Source: Xylographa opegraphella (Eukaryota). From it: a stretch of 64,000 bases of DNA. The notes beneath the pieces were generated by a model that saw only the letters and a program-made list of their open reading frames with translations, made no database searches and was not told the DNA's origin. The stretch lies in contig JALDZX010000057.1 in NCBI GenBank assembly GCA_022813865.1, positions 62,001 to 126,000 of the forward strand, given 5' to 3'. The position numbers and the translations under genes are program-made. This document shows, one piece after another, positions 1 through 11,821 of the stretch (positions are counted from its first letter, which is position 1; every line of letters starts with the position of its first letter).

Positions 1-862
1 CCTTTCCCGGTCGCCCGAAGTTGTATCTGCCGCTTCGAAGCTCTCAATCTTTTCCTTTCCAGAAGCGGGAGGCCCCATCCGCATTTCGTACATTTCCTAT
101 CAATATGTTGTTCACACATTCTGTGCCAAACAACATCATCATCTGCGAGGGTCCGCCATCGCTGACTGACTTGGGCCGCTTTGCACAAGGACGTGGTATC
201 AAGGTAACAGAGTATCTTGAACGCCAATTCGGTCGGAAGGGCGGACAAGAAGTCAATGCGGATGAGTTCGCGGACATGCGCTGAAAGGTAGGAGAGCTGT
301 GGAAAACAACATTGGGTAAGGATGCCTTGCAGCATGAGCTGCCGATGTTTGGAAGGCGCTGCTGAAAACAATGTCCACACGTGCGCAATGCCCTGCTGAT
401 CACTCTGCGATAAGGTCTCAAGCTCCTGTCAAACCAATTAGAGGCATAGCAAACATGGATTCACTGCGGAGAGCTCACGTGCTGAAGCTGATCCATCGAC
501 GGCTCATCTGCTTGGCGCCTACATTTGAGATCAGGTCGATGGCGGTAGCAGAACTTCGAGTTCGAATCCGCTGTAGAGGCTCCCTTTCTACTTCTCTGTC
601 CACCTAGCGGTGCGTACTGCTCGGGGATATGCTGCGCAAGGAAGGGAGCAACTGTCTGACCCGCTAGCTTGGAGGTTGAAGATATGGTGATACCGGTATC
701 CTTATGAACTTCGCTACTGTCTTTGTCTTTCCTGAAACGCTGATCGTCGACACGTATACGGGGAGGAAGTTCGAGGAATAAAGCTGCAGAGCCCGTCTGT
801 TCGTTTTGCAAAGAGGACAAGCGTCGTCGCTTCGCCGAATTATGCGATTGCTGGTCGGCCAT
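1..862 (-). CDS. sconB: F-box/WD40 sulfur controller SconB/Scon-2/Met30 (5' part; runs off the window start)
   Basis: Exon 1 (862..479) has [17 protein letters not shown] and [30 protein letters not shown] intron spans 478..426. Exon 2 reads [24 protein letters not shown]..., then the F-box [66 protein letters not shown], characteristic of SconB/Met30. Confidence 0.92.
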
Positions 863-2664
863 GATAAAGATCGGTAAGACTCCTGTCCGGGTGTGTTATC
901 CCAATCAACGTATCGTAGCTGTTGAAGGAGCGGCCGGCCTGAAGAGACTCATTCATTGGTTTTGCTGTGAGGAATATTCGCAATTGCTGGCACGATGACG
1001 TGCGATTGCGACAGAAACCCGAAGTTGCAGTACGGGTAGGAATGAACAAAGCGAGCCACCCATTTCTTTTCTACGCAGAGTTCGACCCTTCGCAATCGGC
1101 ACGAATTCAACCTCTGACCGAGTAGCAGCGTGCGAGTATCTGCGAGCGCATGCCCATTGCCCGGTTTTCTTCTCCGCCTTTCGCCTCCTGCAAGTGGCCT
1201 GATAAAGGGTCCACCTTGGCATTTCCTAATCCGCCGAGTCCGCTTAGTGTACAGCAGTAGCGCCACGGCACCAAAGGCTAAGCGACTTCGTATCACTTTA
1301 CCTTACCGAAAGTGCCAAAAACACGGGATGATGAACCGATTCGATGGGATGGACAATATGCAAAAACATACAACAGCTGGGATTCGCTGGTGGTCACCCA
1401 CCCAACTACTAATCAGCCGATCTCAAGCTTATGTATGCCAGAGCGGACGGGATAGCCAGTTCTCTTGAGTCTGTGGTCGTATGTACTGGTGTAGGCCACC
1501 AGTATATTACATCAACTTGATTTGGCATTACGTGCCCTTCTTTACGGGTACTGCCTTGGCATCTGAACCGAGCGTTGAGAGTTATCTCTATCCATCTTTC
1601 CTTGCGTTGAGCTTTTCACCTCCCTTTGGTCGTCGCTCTAGTCAGTTGGGATGTCATGACAATCCAGATGTTGCGAGGCTTGGAAAAGAACAGAACATTT
1701 CCCACTTTCTAATTCGTGCTAACTTGTTGTTTTTGACCTCGATTCATGCCCTAGGAAATATGCCCGAAGGGCGCTCCACCTCTTCCAACATTCTATATCT
1801 ACCAGTTCATGGATTAATGATATCAGCTATCTAAGTCGCTAATACGTAAACCCATCTCTTGGTTGTGTTTTCGATACTTCTTCTATCCATCCCACATATC
1901 TCACGTATCGGCGACCCCGCTTTGAGCTTCATCCTCATCGGTCCTGTGCGACTAATCAATTTCAATGCGGAAATGTCCCTCGATATGCCCCCTTGGTAGC
2001 TTCCTTGCCTTGGCTTGTTGAATGCTATCACGCATTCTTTGAAAATCTCGCAATGTTCATTCGGCAAGCTTGGCAGTCTAGGAATCGTTCAATCTAATAT
2101 ATAGTACTGGGCTATTGTGATACGCCATTGCAACCTTTAGAGGTTCCTGAACCACTGAACGCAGCGCCAAGTTGATTAGTACATCGTACCAGGTCCTAGA
2201 AAGGACGTATGAGTGGGTGACTCGAAAGAACCGTGTTACACATTGGATTCCTAAGATGTGACAAGATCCAAATGTCATCCGAACTGTCTGACCGCACCCG
2301 CGGAACTTGGCCATTCTTGCTTTACCGACAACAGTGATGCCCTTTAGAGTCTATCAGTCTACCTATGATCCCGTGGCAAGGCCGGACCACGTGCGGGAAC
2401 ACATTGCTTTCACCTTCTCTTGCAAAGCTTGAACCAATATACGAGAGAGGCGTGCTGCTTCGGCGGCATAACACGTAACGGCGGCTAATAGCACGCTCTA
2501 GTCATTCAAGTACAATGCGATTCAAACCTTCGGTTTTATCCTCACCTGATTAGAATTACAAAGACCCCAAACAAAGGAATTTACTCTTACAAAAACTCAC
2601 ATACTGACAAATCACGTTTCGAGGCTCTCTCCCTCCATGTAGGAAGAGCACGAGCTGTCGGAAG

Positions 2665-3644
2665 CTACCGGCACGTACGCGGTAAAATGCTCACCATCCC
2701 GTACCGATCCTGCACAACCTGTTCGTCTGCCGAAGCAAAATAACCGCGTTGCAATTCTCGAGGCACGCCCCCATCATTCTTCCATACCTCCTCCATCTCC
2801 AATCTCGTTTTACTTTTCTTCTTCCCCTGCTTGATCCTCAACTTCTCAAAGAAGACATATGCGCCATAGAACACTCCACTCGAGTTTCCCTCCAACGGGC
2901 CTTTTTTGCGCTGAAAAGCTTGCAACTGCGTGGATGAGATCTTTCTCCCGTCAAATTCCGGAAACTGCGCGCTTATGGCACGGCAAAACCCAGCTTGCGT
3001 GATGCCTGGTGCTCACAAATGAGCTGCTATTTTGCGGCGAATTTCGTCACAAGTGTCATAGATTTGGACGGCTCCCTCGTCTTCGCCCTTGAAGTGAATA
3101 TTTGAGACGTCGTAGTCAAAATTCTTCCCTGTCTCTTTGCCGTCGACATTTGTAGCCTTCTTGGCCTTCTTCCTCGGGATCTTTTCGCCTTGCAGCTCGC
3201 GCTTGCGGAAGAAGGTATTTGCAGCGCTGTACACGATACTCCCTTCACCGGCATAAGGCCCACGCTTCTTCATGAAGTTTCCATATGATGTAGAGGTGAC
3301 GCCGATAGCGCGTTGAAACTCGCCAACTTTCATCCCACCATTGTTGATAAAGGTATTGATCTTTGTTCGGATCTGATCACACGAGTCTGTGATGGGATAA
3401 ATATCATCGTCTTCGATCTCTTCGGCAGAGTCATCAGCACTATGGGGGCGCTTAGCGGACGTGCTTTTGAAATCGAGAGCGTATTAATGAGAACTGAGTC
3501 GTGGCTCTAGGCATTGAGCTATACAGAACGTACAAGTTTGCCCAAGGAACCCCCCGAGGGAGTGACATTCACTGCATTAGACAATGCCGCGAGTGGCTCA
3601 CGGTTAGTAGGAGCAAGAGAACTTTCAGGTGGAGGGAAAGCCAT
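2665..3644 (-). pseudogene. Probably disabled conserved fungal protein with two internal repeat domains (DUF7726-like)
   Basis: ORFs 3013..3333 and 2665..2925 are in the same frame, separated only by a TGA at 3015..3013 (IAAHL*APGITQAGFCRAI). The motif is repeated (DSCDQIRTKI / DTCDEIRRKI; SIVYSAANTFF / SGVFYGAYVFF). The 5' segment from ATG 3644 also meets stops and has no clean frame-restoring intron. Confidence 0.6.
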
Positions 3645-3751
3645 CTGTAAAGCCGATTGATCTTTTCAGGAAGTCAATTCAAGCGACTGCGACCTTTGCA
3701 TAAAGAGCGGAGAAAATGTTTATGGAGGCGAGGGAGGATTCCCGATGTCAA

Positions 3752-3786
3752 ACGCGACGCGCCATGAGGCGCGGGAAGTAAATAAA
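3752..3786 (+). promoter_or_regulatory. MCB-like (ACGCG x2) and forkhead-like (GTAAATAAA) motifs upstream of haspin
   Basis: ACGCGACGCG at 3752..3761 and GTAAATAAA at 3778..3786, about 360 bp upstream of the haspin ATG. Confidence 0.35.
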
Positions 3787-4142
3787 GATAGCCCTAAAGC
3801 TTTTTCGGCACTAGCGCCATTTTGTCGATTCATGCCAGAGAAGACAGAATAAATTTGCTTTACTCGCAGTTTCGATGGGCTAGTCTCACATCATGCAGTT
3901 CTAATAGAGCGGTCTATAATTCACAGTAATTGTAGCTCCGCTTCATCACACTAATAATATATAGCGCTCAAGACTATTGGCAAGAGGATTACTAATCGTT
4001 AGGTATCTACTGAAGCGTGGTCGTTGCTCTGCCAACTATCAACTAGCGAGATCTACACTTGTGTTGAGTCTTCACTCAATTGTGCACATAGAAACATGTA
4101 CATTCGGTCTAGCCATCTGTCATCACCGAGATTTGATTCAGA

Positions 4143-5897
4143 ATGAGGAACAAGGTGTATGGGAAGAGAGGGAAGGGGGTGTTGGGGACCCGATCGGCCG
4201 TGTTTGAGCAAGATTCGCCAAATGCCAATTCTGTGCCCAGAGACGAGAACACAAAAGTTTCCAGACCGCCACTGAAAGAGTGGAGCGGTAACTTGGAAGG
4301 AAGAACCCACGGGGAAAAGGATGCCAATGATGACAGCGAAGGACTGGAGGATTGCAAGACCAAGTGCAGAGTGTCCGCACCGCAGCCAACGGCGAAGCCG
4401 ATAGAGAAATCTGTGAAGAAAAACGACAGGATAAAGAGAGATATCCATCCTGTAGACAAGATAGGACATGGTGGGGATGCAGTCGATGACACTCTACCAT
4501 ATGTACAACCTTCATCGATAGGGAACCTCGGACCGAAAGAGTCGATGTATCAACCAAGGACCAAGCGTGATGAGACCAGCTCTTCGCGCAAAGTGAATGA
4601 GATCGCGAAGCTACTACAAGAAAAACTAGTAGTCACCGAAACCTCATATCGCCACTACGAGGATATTACTTCAGTTCGTGCTTCGATTCCAACGGCAACT
4701 CCCGCTTTCCATGGACAACCCGCGCTCCTGGATACCGAGACGGCATCCTACGTTTCGCCTCTCCTAACTTGCAGGAATGTTAGCGGAAGAGTTGAAAACT
4801 TCCAGGCATGGACTGACGTGCGGATGCCTTCTCTCAAGATGCAGAAGATTGGCGAGGGTTCGTTCGGTGAGGTATACCGAGCCACCAATGGTGGAGAAAC
4901 TGTCATCTTGAAGATCATCCCTTTGAATGCCAGGAAAGGGCGCGGCTCAAGGACTTTCACCTCGATAGAGGCAGCAGCCAATGAAGTTCAACTGCTGGAG
5001 AAAATGCAGAGGATTCCGGGCTTCGTTGAGTTCCGTGGTGCTTGTGTCTTGCGAGGCTGCATGCCGTCCCAGCTTGTCAAGGAGTGGAAAGATTACAAAG
5101 CGCAAGGCCGAACCGTCGAATCGAGAGATCCGACTAAGAAGAATGCATACTCCGAGAAACAGATCTGGTTGCTTATTGAAATGTCTGATGCGGGAACAAA
5201 CCTCAACCCGGGCCACTATATGCCGTGCGACATCGAGTGCTACACGCCTGGAGATAGATACTTATCAGTACAGCGGAGCTGGGATATCTTCTGGCAGATC
5301 GTAAGGGCCTTAGCAAAAGCCGAAGTATACGCCGAATTCGAGCACAGAGACCTCCATCTTGGGAACATTTGCGCGAAAAATAGCGGTGCAACGGACGATA
5401 AGGAGATCCTGACATTAGTGCCATTGGCGGAAGCTACACCATTCAGCGTCGACAGCACCGGCGTACAGGCGACCATCATTGATTATAGTCTTGCCCGGGC
5501 AATAGCAGACGAAGACCAAATACTGTCTTACGATTTCATGAAAGATGACAGCCTTCTGACAGGTGAAGGAGAGCTCCAATACGACATATACCGATACATG
5601 GCTGAAGACATGGGCGAGAAAGATTGCAAGGAATTTGTGCCCAAGACGAACGTCTTGTGGCTATCGTATCTCGTCATCAAACTGTTGGAGGTCACTGTCG
5701 AACTATCAGAAGAAGCAAAAATTGAAGAGTCAGGTCGAGTGACGGTCACAGCGAAGATGAAGGCGATACTGGAAGAGGTCAGAAAGGTTACTGCACTGAG
5801 TCAACGACACAACTGGGCTTTGCAATCGGCAGAAGACTTGCTAGCGCTAGGAACACATAACAAGTGGTTTACATTGGAAGAGATCATTGATGGGTGA
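4143..5897 (+). CDS. Haspin-family atypical Ser/Thr kinase (Alk1/Hrk1-like)
   Basis: 584-aa ORF with a low-complexity N-terminus, KIGEGSFGEVY, catalytic FEHRDLHLGN, IIDYSLAR (DYS in place of DFG), QYDIYRYM and PKTNVLWL, all haspin signatures. Confidence 0.9.
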   Translation: MRNKVYGKRGKGVLGTRSAVFEQDSPNANSVPRDENTKVSRPPLKEWSGNLEGRTHGEKDANDDSEGLEDCKTKCRVSAPQPTAKPIEKSVKKNDRIKRDIHPVDKIGHGGDAVDDTLPYVQPSSIGNLGPKESMYQPRTKRDETSSSRKVNEIAKLLQEKLVVTETSYRHYEDITSVRASIPTATPAFHGQPALLDTETASYVSPLLTCRNVSGRVENFQAWTDVRMPSLKMQKIGEGSFGEVYRATNGGETVILKIIPLNARKGRGSRTFTSIEAAANEVQLLEKMQRIPGFVEFRGACVLRGCMPSQLVKEWKDYKAQGRTVESRDPTKKNAYSEKQIWLLIEMSDAGTNLNPGHYMPCDIECYTPGDRYLSVQRSWDIFWQIVRALAKAEVYAEFEHRDLHLGNICAKNSGATDDKEILTLVPLAEATPFSVDSTGVQATIIDYSLARAIADEDQILSYDFMKDDSLLTGEGELQYDIYRYMAEDMGEKDCKEFVPKTNVLWLSYLVIKLLEVTVELSEEAKIEESGRVTVTAKMKAILEEVRKVTALSQRHNWALQSAEDLLALGTHNKWFTLEEIIDG

Positions 5898-6665
5898 TGG
5901 TACGTTGCTGGTGGTGCTCTCAGCAGCTATGACTGAGCGGCACTCGTGCCATCGAGCCCACGAACTGGCCAGGAGATTCAGGAGTCCCAGAAGCACCTGA
6001 AGCCGCCTGAAGTCACAACGACATTGCGATATTGTTACCCGGATCATGACAAGCCATCACTTTCCATTGATCGATACATACTTGGCAGCATACGCATTAT
6101 TGTCAAGAATGCCAGTACATGGCTCGCTCGCCTGGGATGCCATCATGACCTGTTGCACAGTCTGTGAGCGACGATCAGGCGGCGCTCTACAGGGTGTAGA
6201 ATCTGTGCGTGCTCAATGGTTAACAACTTAGACATAGGAGCGATGAGCAAGAAGGAAGGAGTGGCGGCTAAGAGCCGTCGTATTTCTAGAGAGAATATTC
6301 GGGGCACACTGCCCTCAGTATATTACCAAATACGAATGAAGCTGAGCAGCAACGGCAGCGCGTCTTATGATTTCGACAGCCAAGGCTCAAAAGGTAGGCA
6401 GAGCGGCAAGGGAGTCTAAAGTCATGCATTTCTCATGTTAATAGTGACACTTTGATATGACTATCGGATTGGGATGCAAACTTCACAACAATACAATTGT
6501 TCAGAGCACAAGATTTTCTTTGTAAGTCTCTGGACCACCCAGAGCAACAAAATCTATCGCTAGTTTTGCTTCAGCTAGCACGAGCCCTAGGCACAAAGCT
6601 GATCTCCTAATATTCTGGCTGTTCCTCCTAGCCTATATCAATATGTTTGAGCAGATTTTGCCTGA

Positions 6666-9474
6666 TCAATGAACAAATCGCTTTAAACTTTCCAGCTCCA
6701 TCAAAGCCCCTCTGAGCAGGGCGTCCAATCGCACGATATGTGCCGAAAGCGGTTCGCCTATCTCTTCTCGATAACCATATGTCTTTGGAACAGGCTTAGG
6801 TGTCATAATCGTATCCGATATATACGATGATCCCCCACCTTGGTTATCATCGTTGAACACGTAACTCTCCCGCTTCCTCTTATCCTCTAGTTCCATTTGC
6901 GATGCCGAAGAAGCCTGTGGCATACCAGCTCGAGGTTGGACTGGAGCTGACCGGCCATTGTGGTTCATCCTTGTTAGTGACGAGCCAGGGCTGTGATATC
7001 CATTTACCATTGTCTTTTGAGCTCCGATCCTGCTATTTGATTTATCGTTTGGGTTTTCCCCAAATGTATCATGCTCATAATCTCCATTGCTTGTTCGGCC
7101 CACCTGACTTGAGCGACGGAGGCTCGAAGGTGATTGTGTGTGACCATTCCGAATATCACGGTGGGCATTCATAACAGGCGCATAGTATCGTGGTGATGAT
7201 TCTTGTGGCATTTCAGTATGTTTTCGAAATAGCGGCGGTGAGGCAGTATAGCGATTTCTTTGGGATATTCCTGGTGTGGATATTTGACTGGCGAAAGCGC
7301 CAGGCTCCTCTGGGTGTACAGTGTTCAACTTCGGGCCAACCTTGGGACTCGCACTTCGATTGCGGGCTGCCGTCGCAGGAACAGAAGTAGCAGAAGTACG
7401 GCTATCTCCTTGCGTTGCCGTAGCTGGACGGTGAGGTGAGACAACAGATGAGACTTGAGTAGCTGGCTGACTCGGGCGGGAGTAAGACGCTTGAGGTATT
7501 TGTGTATTCACGGTGCTGATCATAGAAGAACGCGGCGTCATCTTCTCAGTCGATATCATTCGATTGCCCGTATTCCCGTTCGTAACCGGTCCACTAAGAC
7601 TTGGCTGCGATGGTGCAACCTGAGGCATTGATGGAGAATATAAACGCGCAGACTGCTCTGTCAGAGGTTGTCCACTACGTGTCTGGGATTCGTGGTCATC
7701 ATTCTGAGGTATCTGGCAGAGGAATTCGGTAACGATATCGGCTTCAGGGGGTGTGGCAATTGCTTCACGCTAATCTTGGTCAAGAGCGGAACCGAAGAAT
7801 GACACAACAAGATCGATCAACATACCTCAGATTTCATACGCTTCGGAGCCAGGCCGACAGTCTCATCTTCATTACTTCGAAGCCGCTTAGAGGAATCGAC
7901 CTGCCTTTTGTTGTTGCTGACCTCTGATTCCAGAGGTCCGAGTAAAGCTTTACTTGCTAGTTCCGCCTCAATTTGGCTAACATGATCTTTCAAGAGATCA
8001 GCGGGAATTGGTAGTTTGGTCTGTGTCATTATCAGCATCACGCCAGCCCATACAAGTAGCTTAGTGAAATTACACGAGTGTAAGCGGCAATAACATGCTT
8101 CAGTGTGTCCTTGCCGTAATGCTTGATAATGTAGTCCTTATATGTTATAAGTAATGCTTCCCACGGTCGATCCTTGCGAGCCGTTGGATTAGCGTAGCAG
8201 AAGAGATCATAAAAAGCCGAAAGTGTCAGCTCACTGAGCTTCATCGTAGACTTTTCTGGCATTGTGTAGCTCGTGAGGTCTTTGATAGCTTTGGGGCTAT
8301 TTTCCTCGGGCTTCTTGAGCTCTTGGATATATTTTGTGTCCTTTGAATCCTTATGGATTTCCATGCTCTTAGGCATCCCAGGAATCTCCTTTACCCTACC
8401 AGTTGGGTAATGAGCATACAAACAGTCACCTTCCGTGTATTTACAGAATGACGTATTACGCCAATAGTAGCACTCCAATTCTTTGTCTGCCAGCTTAGTA
8501 GGATATGTAATCATAGCCTTGTCAAAATAAAACGAATCTGGAGGATTCTGGTCCCGTGCACGCTCTCTCGACTCAGAGTAATCAGAAATACGATTTACAT
8601 GGTAGTGAGCGAATAGACATTTATCGTCGGAGAATCGGCAAGTTCCCTGTGTCCAGTAGAAACATTCCTGTTTCGGGGCGCCATTATTCGCGTTTTTATA
8701 AGCCTTGACGTAATTTGCTTTATCTTTTGCATCAATATACTCCTTCACCCTGCCCGTTGGATAATGGGCATAAGCGCAATCATCATCCGAAAATTTGCAG
8801 AATCCGTTCCGTCGCCAGAAGAAGCACTCGTACTCTTTGTCAGGTCTTGTAATAGTATCCATATTCCGATTCGTATGGAACCTGGATGTAATCAGTTGGA
8901 GCTCCTCGTGTACCAGTTTTTACAACATGTACAGTCGAGAGACGAAGAAACTAAAGGAGTGGGGGTAATATTGGTCGGCAGCTGCGCAAAACTGTAGCAG
9001 CGCTTCATGTAGAAAGAAAATGAGGTGATGGACGATGGATCCTATATAGGAGATGATAGAAAATACTAGGATAGAAATGTAAATTATCTGGTGGTGAAGG
9101 GATTCGATGGTCACAAATTAATTCCGTAATATCTTCACATACATCTGTGCCTCCATTTGGGAGTTGGGGTTGTTCCTCGTCGAGAATGAATCACCAGGCC
9201 CTCCATGACCTACGGTCCAATATTTATCATCCTTCCATCGCTGAAGCGCTCTTCCCATGTCATCACCTCCCTGTCTGTAGCCCAACTTATACTCTAAGAG
9301 AGCCCTGAACGCCTCAGTCAAGAAGTGTTTGTTGTTGCTTGAGGCAGGCTCTCGTTTGTTGGATCCAATTGCGAAGAAGTGTGAGATAAACAGGGAAGGG
9401 CGAAGGTTAGGAAGTGACTCCGGGGTGATATTGGGAAGTTCCCAGTCCTGACCTTGACACCGGAACGTAGGCAT
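6666..9474 (-). CDS. Multi-exon protein with three CCCH zinc fingers and a Ser/Pro-rich C-terminus
   Basis: Three C-x7/8-C-x6-C-x3-H fingers (ECFFWRRNGFCKFSDDDCAYAH, ECFYWTQGTCRFSDDKCLFAH, ECYYWRNTSFCKYTEGDCLYAH) lie in 8862..8038. Frame-preserving GT-AG introns join 9474..9143 to 8881 and onward, then to the exon around 8019..7825 and to the exon ending at 6666. Confidence 0.65.
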
Positions 9475-11821
9475 CGTAGGTATCTGATCTTAGAGCTTAA
9501 TCGTAAATATACCACGAAGGTGTAACATTGAAGCCCAAATTATGTGAGATTTTGTTCCAATCGTGCATTCATGTACTGTGTAGCTCCGGGTAACTGCAGA
9601 ACTTGCTTTGTCACGGTCAGCTTGCCTATGAGGTTGCTAACAGCACAACAGTGATGATTAGCGGGTTCAATGTGAAATTGTGAATCTTTTCGATCACCTG
9701 CACGGTCCAGGGTGATACACCTCAAGGCAAGCTTGGGCGCGATCCAATCTTGTGGAAATGTTTGAACAAGATATCTTGCGGAAGCGGAGGAAAACTCTAA
9801 ATGAATCACAGACGCGACCCTAAGCGCGACGCAGTACTCGTGCTAGTAAACGGCCAAATTGCCCACAATTCTATCGATCAGCAGCTCAATAAGCGAGCTC
9901 TCGGTATTGGGATCTCCAGGTGGGCCATTTGTTTTGCAAAGCAAGATTTATGGTAATCATATAATAGATTAGAGACACACATGAAATGAATAATGAGTCT
10001 AACAATGGGTGAATGTTCAAACTTCTTTGAGACACCAATTGTAGACGAATATCGAAGTCTCGATGCGCCCATGTATGCGTTTGAGGTACTCTCTCAGCGA
10101 TTGTGCAATTTGGCATCGCCCTATATGCCCTCAAGGCTTCATTTAAAGCACCCACAATCGCTAAGCCCCTTTCCGTTGTCACTTCAGGCTCACGCGAGCA
10201 GCTAAAGTTGTCAGTTCGAAGATTATCGCAGAAGACAACAGACCGCAGTGTCCAGTCAAATGTTAGAAGTGAAGACTGCAGATATTAAGATGGAGGCGTA
10301 GGGATACTACCAGCGAGATGCTATCGTATCATCATAAGCCATATATGTTGCACTGGACTGCTTGAGCTGGCTACTATTTGTAAACCTGTGGTCTGTTCTC
10401 AAGAAATCGGAAAGGAAAGTTATATTGTCTATCTCAGGCAATCCTTCCGGCCTCATCTTTGCTTTCGCCGGTCTCGCTCCGCTTCCACAGCCTTCCTCCA
10501 TCCTTCTCTCCTCATTGCTCTTTCTATCATTCTCATTACGCATTTTTGAGACTTTTTAGCATTCCATGAAGTGCTTTAAGTATCAAGCAGCTTCTTTCCT
10601 TTGAAAGTGCGTTAATACGTACCCAACCTACCTTGGCAATCTGGTACATCGCATTGCCGCTGGGAGTTTACGTTCTGGCCAACGTATGAGCGGACGAATG
10701 AAGTGCAAGTCCTGCTTTAGGTACGGTCTGACTATCAATTAAAAGAGGTTTGCAGTGAGGCATTCTCAATCCAGCCTCTAGAAGAGATGTCCGCCGCTGG
10801 TACCTAAGTCAGCAGAGTAGACGGTGTTGTCTTGTTGAGATCACGGATCTGTCGTTCGTGGCAGAGGCAGAAAGTCGTCTTCCTGGGTGTTTAGAAAAGG
10901 TAGCAGACACAACACCCAGTAAGAATGGGTATGTAAAGGCCAAAAATACCACGATTGACACAATATCGTCTGCAGAGATTGGAGTAAAAAACAGCGCATA
11001 TGAATTGCGGCGTGACACAGACACCCTGGACTGCAAGAAGAACATTCGGCTAGTGAGCGATTATGGTGCAATACTGCAGATAGGCATCCACGATTTTCCT
11101 TATGTATCTGTTGATAGCTCATATATTTGTCAAGCGCTAAATATCTGGCTCGAGAATTATGGCATCACAGAGTTCAGTCATCGAACTTTCCTCATGGTAG
11201 CCGTGCTAGTTACCCGCCGAGGACTGTAGTTGTCTTCCTGTCTGTCATTTTTGAACGGACATTGGGTCTCAAGGACGTCATAGTCCATGCCGTATTATAT
11301 TTCAATGACTCAGGATTCTTGTCCAATGCGTAGTCATTCCTTCAACGTCGAACAATCTATGCTGATTGGGAATGGGTTGGAGCAGTCGATGCCTATCACT
11401 AGGTAGAAAACGCCAGAGACACATCAGGTGTAGAAGGCCGCGAAGATGGTAGATGATGTGCTTGAGCATACGGCTCGCAGAGCACCATTCTGAATTTGAA
11501 CTAATTCCAGAAATTACCAAGCTTCCAGTCTTACAGATCATATTGTAAGAAATTCAGTAAGGAGCATTTCCTGAAGAATTTGACAGCGAAATCATCGACA
11601 CATGCTCTCGAGCTGGAAGCTAGGAACTGGATTTAAAGACTAACGCATTTGACTCTAGTCATATATCCAAGATACCTGCGCGGTCCTTTAACGACTCCGG
11701 ATATCAGAACTATGTTTGACCATAAAGCAAGGTACCAGTTTGCAGATACACCCTACTCACCACCAGTCTCGCCCCGTTCATTCTCCTGTGCTGCGAACTG
11801 CAACGTCTTCCTCCATCATGC

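Noticed and set aside
975..1110. Possible MetR/CYS-3 bZIP sites upstream of sconB (TTCGCAAT twice, CTGGCACGAT, ATGACGTG)
   Set aside because: Only partial matches to the ATGRYRYCAT consensus; cannot be told apart from chance without conservation data.
1130..2314. Short ORFs upstream of sconB
   Set aside because: No recognisable motifs or consistent exon structure; probably promoter/intergenic sequence.
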